From the NCBI GenBank assembly GCA_902805615.1, contig CADCTQ010000208.1, positions 3,574 through 67,573 of the forward strand: a stretch of DNA of 64,000 nucleotides, written 5' to 3'. The notes under the pieces were generated by a model. That model did not search any database. It was given only the letters and a program-made list of their open reading frames with translations, and was not told the DNA's origin. Within the stretch, counting starts at the first letter, position 1. Every line of letters starts with the position of its first letter. Both the position numbers and the translations under genes were made by a program. Below, in pieces: positions 44,713 through 53,700 of the stretch. The DNA is from an uncultured Cytophagales bacterium. GTDB lineage: Bacteria; Bacteroidota; Bacteroidia; Cytophagales; 172606-1.

Positions 44713-47700
44713 ATGTTGTCGAAGGAAAACATAAAAGACATTTATGGATTATCTCCCTTGCAGGAAGGCATACTTTTCCACAACCTGCTTGATGCCGAAG
44801 AGGACACCTACTTCCGGCAGTCCGCCTACAGAATTGAGGGATCGCTGGACGTGGAGGCGGCCAGGAAAAGCTTCAACGGTTTGTCGGCCCGTCACGACGT
44901 CTTAAGGACCGTGTTCAACTACTCGAAGGGCATGAAGCCGCTGCAAATTGTACTGAAGCAACGCGACGTGGATTTTTATTACGAAGATTTGCGCACGCTT
45001 AGCCCGGCCGGCAAGGAGCAGTACATTGAGGAATTCAAGAAATCGGATGCTAAAAAATCTTTCGACATCACCAAGGATGTTTTAATCCGGATATCGATCT
45101 TCCGGCGCGAAGAGAACAGCTACGAATTGATTTGGAGTGACCACCATATTTCAATGGATGGCTGGTGCAGAAAAATTCTTTACACGGAATTCGCGCAACT
45201 CTACATTGGTCACCTGAAAGGCATCCCGGCTGCCTTCCAGCCGGTTACCCCCTTCAGCGCGTACATCAAGTGGATTGAGAGCCGGAATAAGAGCGCTTCA
45301 CTGGCGTACTGGTCCGGCTATCTGAAGGGGTACGACGTGCCCGTGGAGATCCCCCGGCTGAGGATTGCCGAGGGTACAACCTACAAAAGCGAGGTCGTGA
45401 GCCGCCCGCTGACTGAGGAGAAGACAAGCGCATTGAAAGCGCTGGCGAAGACATTCGGGACCACCTTAAACGTGCTGTTCCAGGTAATCTGGGGATCAAT
45501 CATCGCCAAATACCACAACAGGAATGACGTTGTGTTCGGTGCCGTCGTATCCGGCAGGCCCCCGGAAATACCCGGGATCGAGTCGATGGTAGGGCTGTTT
45601 ATCAATACAATACCGGTCAGGGTACAGTTTGCCCACGACCAAGCCTTCGACGACGTATTGCTTCAGTGCCACCAGCATTTCACCGAGGCCGAGTCGCACC
45701 ACTACTGCCAGCTCGCCGACATACAATCCGCCTCCGAGCTGAAACACAAGCTCTTTGACCACATCCTTATTTTTGAAAACGTTCCGGTCAGCGAGTCCGA
45801 TGAAGCGGCCACCGATGCCGGCCTTGGGTTTCAACTCTCCCATCATGATGCACGGGAACATACCAATTATGACCTCGACGTGACGATTGGCATTGGTCAG
45901 CAGTTGACGCTGCAGATTACTTACAATGAACACGTGCACGACCGCTGCTTTGTCGAGAACCTGTTTGAGCACTTCGGGAACGTGGCCGACCAGGTGCTGG
46001 CCAATCCCCGCCTGGGCATGAGCCGCCTCAAACTGATCTCCCCGGCTGAAGAAGCCCAGGTATGCTTTGGGTTCAACAAGGCCGAAAAGCGGTATGACGG
46101 CGACCTGACAATCATCGGGCGGTTTGAATACCAGGCGGAAAAGAATCCGGGGGCACCGGCGGTCATTCACAACGGCCGGCAATTGACCTACGGGGCGCTT
46201 AACCAGCAGGCAAACTGCCTGGCGAATTTCCTAATCGGGTCCGGATTCAGGAAGGGAAGTTTTGCGGGGGTTTGCCTGGACAGAGGCTTGGACCTCGTCG
46301 TTGCCATGCTGGCTATTGCAAAGGCAGGGGGCGTATACGTGCCGTTCTCTACCGGTCATTCGGTTTCCAGAACGCACCTGATGATTGAGCAGAGTGAGGT
46401 TTCCGTTCTTTTTGCAACGGCCCGTTTCGTGAACGAGAATGCGGAATTTCTGCAAAAGGGTAGCTTCCCGGAGACCATTGTGCACTTTGCGGACCACGGC
46501 GGCTGGAAGGCTCCGGACGAGGTGCTGGCGGAACGCACCGTATCGGCGGCTGCCATTTACGCATCGGGCAACGGCAATAATCCGCCTGCGGGTTTGTTGC
46601 AGGCGGATAACCTGTACATGATCTATACCTCCGGTTCAACCGGAACGCCCAAAGGCGCCCTTATCCGTCAAGACGGCGCCCTGAACCATATATTGGCTGA
46701 GTTCGAATTCCTGCGATTGAACGGGGCTTTAAGGATCCTGCAAAGCGCCAATATTTCGTCCGACATTTCGGTCTGGCAGATACTGGCGCCCCTCACTTGT
46801 GGAGGCGCCACGGTGGTCATCGATCACGACGACCTGCTCGAGTACGACAAACTTTGTGAGGTCATCACCGGGGGAAAGATAGACCTGATGGTACTGGTCC
46901 CTTCCTTTCTGGTGGGATTCCTGGAGTACCTGGGCAGCGCGGCCGGGCCTGCAAACCGTTTTCCGGACCTGAAGTACGTACTGGTCGGAGGGGAAGACGT
47001 TACGGTTGGTTTGGTCAACGCGTGGCTTCGCCTTTTCCCCCACGTTCCGGTAGTGAACGCCTACGGGCCTGCCGAAGCTTCCGACGACGTGCTGCAAAAC
47101 ATTGCGACGCAGCCATTGCCCCCGGGAACCCGGAAATTTCCCATCGGCAAGCCGTTGTCCAACATAAACGTTTTTATTGTCGACAATGCCATGAACCTGC
47201 AACCGGTCGGGGCCTGCGGTGAGATATGCGTTTCCGGCGTAGCCGTCGGCGCTGGTTACTGGCGGGACGAGGAACGGACCAGGCAGGCTTTTGTGCCTAA
47301 CCCTTTTGCGGGAACGCTGGGCGATACGATCTATAAAACGGGTGACATCGGAAGGTGGTTGCCGGATGGCAACGTCGAATTCTTCGGCCGGGCTGATCGC
47401 CAGGTTAAGATCAGGGGCCACCGGATTGAACTTGAGGAAGTGGATTTTGCCCTGAAATCGGACGCGGCGGTGATGGATGCGGTCACCGACGTGCGAAAGA
47501 ACGAGCAGGGCAACCAAGTCATCGCTGCGTACCTCATACCGCGGGTGAAGCCCGGCGAAGCAGCCCGGGAGCAGGCGTTTATCGACGCCGTCCGCAATAA
47601 CGTCAAGGGAAGACTGCCGGAATACATGCGGCCGGCCTGGTACGTGGTGATGGATCACTTTCCCGTCAACCGGAATCACAAGGTGGACCGGAAGGCATTA

Positions 47701-50700
47701 CCCGATCCGGTATTCGGGCGAATCCACGGGGCGGCGGAAAACCTGCACCCGAAAACGGAGGTGGAACGGGAACTCCTCAAAATCTGGTCATCGGTGCTGG
47801 GCGTGAGCCACCCGGGCCCGACCGACAATTTCTTCGACCTGGGCGGCCATTCCCTGAAGGCCGTCCAGCTGATGATGCAGATTCAGAAGGTGTTTGGTCA
47901 TAAGATCAGTTTAAAATCCATATTTTCTTACAGCACGTTGCGGGAGCAGGCGGCGTACATCGAAAAAGCAACGGTCGTCAAAAGGTCGGGTCCCGGCAAC
48001 GCGGAGGCCTACCGGCTTTCCCCGTTCCAGAAACGGGTCTGGGTAATCGACGCTTTCCCGCACAGCAGCACGATCAACAATCTTTTCTTTGCCTACCGGT
48101 TTTCGGGCCTCGACCCCGCCGTTTTCAAAGCGGCGTTTCACCACTTCATCCGCCGGCACGACGTACTGCGGAACACCTTTTTACTGGTGAACGGGGAGCC
48201 CCACCAAACTACCAACGAGACCGACGCATTCGGCGACGACCTGCTGGCCGGTGAGGTGCATGACCCACGGCAACTGGCGCTGCCCGAAATGGCAGCAGCC
48301 GAGTTGATGCGGCCGTTTGATCTGCAAAAAGGGCCTTTGTTCCGCGCAAAGCTGATGAACGTGGGCCGGGAAGAATACCTGTTCGTCTTCTGCCTGCACC
48401 GGATCGTTTCCGAAGGGCTTTCGGAACCCGTGATCATGAAGGACCTGGTGCGGATGTACCGGAATCAACTTGACGCCCACGCGGAAGGGCGGCAGGCAGC
48501 CAGCAAAAAGCACAAGGAAACCCTCGACGACTTCTACCAACGGCTGCATGGCGGCTTCTTCGAAAAGCAAAAATTATTCTGGCGTTCGAAGTTGGATGAT
48601 GACTTGCCGCGCCTGGAAGTGCCGCACGACCTGCCGCGCCCTGCCGATAAGTCTTACCGGGGCGGTACGGACGTAATGGTGTTGGATGAGCAGCTTTCGG
48701 ACGAGATTGCAACGCTGGGGCACCGGTTCGGCATCACCACCGGCGAGTTGCTGGTGTCGCTGTGCAAGGTGTTATTGTACCGCTATACGGGGCAGACGGA
48801 CGTCGTCGTAGGATACCTTCCCTGGATGGAAGCACCGGCCGGTGGATCGGGCCGCAATCCGCTGGCCAGCCCGCTGCCGCTGCGCACAACGTTCGTTGCC
48901 GGTGACCGTTTCGAAGGCCTGCTTGCCAACGTACGTGCCGGGGTTTCGGACCTCAAAAACAACTTCCTGTATCCCTTCGAGCTGATCATTCAGGATTTGC
49001 AGCTTACCCGGGACGTCAGCCGGGCGCCGCTTTTCGACGTGGTCATGGCCGAGAAAAGGGAGTTGGTGTTTGGCCCGGAATCCGAAGCGTACCGGCGGGG
49101 TGTGGCAACAAGGGAATCCGTCGAGATCCCGTTTTGCAGCCACGACCTGATCATCCATTTCGGCAGGAACGCCCGCGCCATCGTTCTGGAGATCGCCTAC
49201 AGTAAAGACTTGTTTTCCCCCGGCTGGATTCAGCGGTTCAAGGCCCACTTTGCGCAACTGGCGTCGGCGGTGCTGAGGGCGCCGGCCCAGAAACTGGCGG
49301 AACTGGACTACCTGACGGAAGCCGAAAAGCATGCGGTGGTATCATCGTTTAATTCCGGACCGGATCTTTACCCTGCGGGGAGCGTGCTGAAGCTGTTCGA
49401 GGAGCAGGTCCGGGCAACCCCCGGTGCGGTCGCGGTGCAGTACGGCAACCAGGGGCTGACGTTTGCCGACCTGGATAAGCAAGGGCGCCGGCTGGCAAAC
49501 CGGATGGCGGCTGAATACGGCATTGCGAAGGGCGATTTCGTGGGCATCCTGGCAAGGCATACCGACCAGATGATCGTTGCGTTGGTCGCCACGCTAAAAC
49601 TAGGCGCCGTGTACATCCCCATCGACGCTGAATCTCCGGATAACCGCATCCTGGCAATCGTGCGGGACGCCGCGGTCAAATTACTCATCAGTGACCGGCT
49701 GGTCTCCCCGGAAATCGGGCATGCCGTGGCAATGCTTCAGCTGGGCGGCGCGATGGACGAGGTCCCCGGTACGCCGGATGCACCAATGCCGCCGGAAATG
49801 CTGCCCGACGACGTTGCGTACGTACTGTACACTTCGGGAACGACGGGGCGGCCCAAGGGGGTGATGGTCACGCACCGGGGACTAAGCAACTACGCGCAAT
49901 GGCTCGGCGAAAAATTTGAAATCGGCCCGGGCGACCATACCATGCTGCTGTCTTCCTTTGCGTTTGATCTCGGGTATACCAGCCTGTGGGGAAGCTTGCT
50001 TTCCGGAATGACGCTGCACCTGGCAGATGATCTTCTGATCCGTACCCCGGAACGTTTGATTGCCTACATCGCCGAAAACAAGATCACTTTTCTCAAACTT
50101 ACCCCATCCCTGTTTCACGTACTTTGCCTGGGCGCCAATTTCGGTACGCTGCAAAGGAGCCACTTGCGGTTCGTCCTGCTGGGCGGCGAAAGTCTTCACC
50201 CGGCCGACATTCTCAAATTCAAACAGGTAAACGATAAAGTAGTCTTCGTTAACCACTACGGACCCACTGAGGCGACCATCGGGTGTATCGTTAAAGTGCT
50301 GGACGATGCGTACCTCCGGAATTTCGACGGAAACCCGGTGATTGGGACGCCGATCCGCAATGCACAGTGCTACGTGCTTGACGACCAACTGAATGTATTG
50401 CCGGCCGGCATCCCGGGAAACCTGTACGTAGCCGGCAGCGGATTGGCCCGGGGGTACCTCAACAACCCCGAATTAACGCGCACAGCGTTTATCAGCCCGG
50501 ACTTTCCCGGAGGAAGAACCCTGTATAAAACCGGGGACAAGGCAAAGTGGCTTCCCACGGGCGAGATTGTGTTTTTAGGCAGGGGCGACAGCCAGGTAAA
50601 GATCCGCGGGTACCGGGTGGAACCGCTCGAGGTACAAGCCCTCCTGCAAAAGTTGCCCGGCGTTGACAAAGTTGCCGTTGTTGTTCAGAAGAACAACCAA

Positions 50701-53700
50701 AATCAGAACGTCCTTGCCGCGTACCTTGCCACGCGCCGCCCCAACGACATTGCCTACTACCGGAAGTACCTGGGCGAACACCTGCCGGAGTTCACGATTC
50801 CGGCTTACTTCTACGAAGTCGAAGAATTTCCCTTAACCCGGAACGGGAAAGTTGATTTGCGGACGTTGACGGCAGCCAGTAAGCCGCTGGCGTCGGCGCA
50901 GGAGCGGGTTGCGCCCCGGACGGCAATCGAACGTGAATTAGCGGCAATTTGGGAAGAGGCACTCGAACGGACCGCAGTCGGGGTGTACGACAACTTCTTC
51001 GAAATTGGCGGGGATTCGCTCGTGGCGGCTTACATCATTGCCGTCATTCACAAGAAACTCAACGTGCTGGTGAGCCTCGGCATTTTGTTCAGGCACCCGA
51101 CCATTGCGTCGCTGGCGCAGGAGATCGAACAATTAAAGCCGGACCTCTACGAGGAAATACGGCCCGTCGAAGAGCAGGAATTTTACGGTCTGTCGCACGC
51201 CCAGAAAAGATTATGGATCGTAAATCACATCGGTGGCAGCCAAAAGGCCTACATCATGCTCTGGCCCTACGTACTCGACACCTTGGACCGCAATGCCTTT
51301 GAACGGGCCCTCCTGGCCCTCGTGCGCCGCCACGACATTCTGCGAACCGTCTTTCTTACCGTAGACGGCGAACCCCGGCAGAAAGTCCTCAGTCCGGAAG
51401 CATTTGCTTTTAGGGTGGAGTACGTCGACCTGCGCGGCCACGCGGGGCAGAACGAACGGGTGCAGCAATACGTAAACGACGAGCTAAACCTACCGTTCGA
51501 TTTTACCAGGGCCCTGCTCAGGTGCAAGCTCATCCAGGTGGACCAGCAGAAATTCGTGCTGCTGTTTACCATGCACCACATTACCTCCGACGGCTGGTCG
51601 GAGTACATCATACAAGACGAAATACTAAAGCTGTACCATGCTTTCCGCAACGGGGGGCAAGATCCGCTCGCGCCCCTGCGCATTCAGTACAAAGACTATT
51701 GCGCGTGGCAGAACGTGCAGCTTTCCGGAAGCCGGTTGAAACGGCACCAGTCGTACTGGCTGAAGCAATTCGAGGAGCCGGTATCCAGGCTGAAATTGCC
51801 CACCGATTTCCCGCGGCCGGCGCTGCAGACGTTCAGCGGTGCAATCCATTTTTTTCGCATCGACCCGGAGTTGCAGCAACGCCTCAATGGGATGGCCCGC
51901 GAAAACGGGGCGAGTCTGTTCATGACCTTGCTGAGCGGGGTCAGCGTGCTGTTGTACAAATACACCCACCAGACGGACATCGTGCTCGGCACGGCAGCCG
52001 CGGGCCGGGACCACGTGGACCTCGGCAGCCAGGTCGGTTTCTACGCCAACATTTTACCGATCAGGTTGCGGTTCTCCGACGCAGGAAGTTTTCACCAACT
52101 GCTCACCGATGCCCTCGACGTAACCCTGGAAGCATTCGAACACCAACTCTACCCGTTTGACCTGCTCATCGACGATCTTAACCTGGAACGGGACCTGAGC
52201 CATTCTCCGTTGACCGACGTAATGGTGGTGATGCAGAACATCGCTTCCGGCGATGAAGATGCCGGCAACCTGGGAGACGTGTCACCCGAGGCGCTCAGCG
52301 ACGTAGAATATGCCGCGGCAAAATATGACCTGATCTTCACCTTCCGGGAAACGGCGGGAGGCATTCAGGCCAAGGTCTCCTACAACACTGACCTGTTTAA
52401 AAAGGATACCATCGAACGCTTGTCCGAACAACTGATCATTCTGCTGAATGAGATCGTCAAGGACCCGGCGGCCCCGGTGGTGGCGCTGAATTACCTCAGC
52501 GAAAAAGACTCACGAGACATTCTTTTCGGGTACAACCATACTGCCGTTCCTTATCCGTCGTCTTCGTCGCTGCCGCTGCTGTTTGAGCAAACCGTAAACG
52601 CCAACCCGGACGCAGTCGCACTGGTCAGTGAGCACTCAACTCTTACGTACCGCCAGCTGAACGAACGGGCCAACGCAATTGCCAACCACGCGCGGGATGT
52701 TTATCGAATCGGGCCCAACGCGCTGGTAGGCCTGATGATTGACGAACCCGAACTGGCCATTGTTTGTATGCTTGGCATTGTCAAGGCCGGCGCTGCCTAC
52801 GTGCCCATTGATCCGAACTACCCGGCCGAAAGGAAAAAATTCATTCTTGACGACACCAACCTCGGGGTCCTCATCACCAGGGCCGGACACGGGCGGGACC
52901 TGGCCTCGTTTTACACCGGGGCCTTGCTGGAAGTAGACGCGGAACGGGATGACTGGGTGGAAAACGGGAATAAGACGAACCCTCCCGTTGTCAACGGGCC
53001 GCATGACCTGACCTACGTGATATACACCTCCGGCTCTACCGGGCAGCCCAAAGGGGTGATGGTTGAACACCGGAGTGTGATCCGGCTGGTACGCAATACA
53101 AACTATATCTCCGTTGAACCCGACGACCGGATTCTGCAGGCATCGCCCCTGGCTTTTGACGCATCGACCTTCGAAATCTGGGGAACCTTGCTCAATGGCG
53201 CGTCTTTGTACCTGACCACCAAAGACACTTTGCTGTCTGCCCAGCGACTGGGCGCTTTTCTGAAGGCAAGCGAAATCACCAAAGCGTTTCTCACCACGGC
53301 ACTCTTTAACCGGCTGATCGACGCGGATGAAGACATTTTCGCCGGGTTGAAGGTGCTTTTGGTCGGCGGCGAAATCCTTTCCCCTTCTCACATTCAAAAA
53401 GCCCGGAAAAGTGCCTCCTTGTCCATCAATAACATTTACGGCCCGACGGAGAACACTACCTATTCAACTTACTGGGAGATCACAACCGACTACGCGCACA
53501 ACATTCCCATCGGCCGGCCGATAGCCAATAGCACGGCCTATATTCTCGATGCCCACCTGAACCCGGTGGGGACAGGAATACCCGGTGAGTTGTACGTAGG
53601 AGGGGACGGCCTGGCCCGGGGGTATTTGAACAATGCAGCCCTCACCGCGGAACGGTTTATCGGCAACCCTTTCGTACCCGGCGACCGCCTCTATAAGACC

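Noticed and set aside
44517-44792. 91-aa plus-strand ORF covering the 44.5-kb intergenic region and the first codons of NRPS-5.
   Set aside because: Its translation is low-complexity and Arg/Pro-rich. It spans the direct repeats and overlaps the NRPS-5 start out of frame, so the region is more likely non-coding and regulatory.
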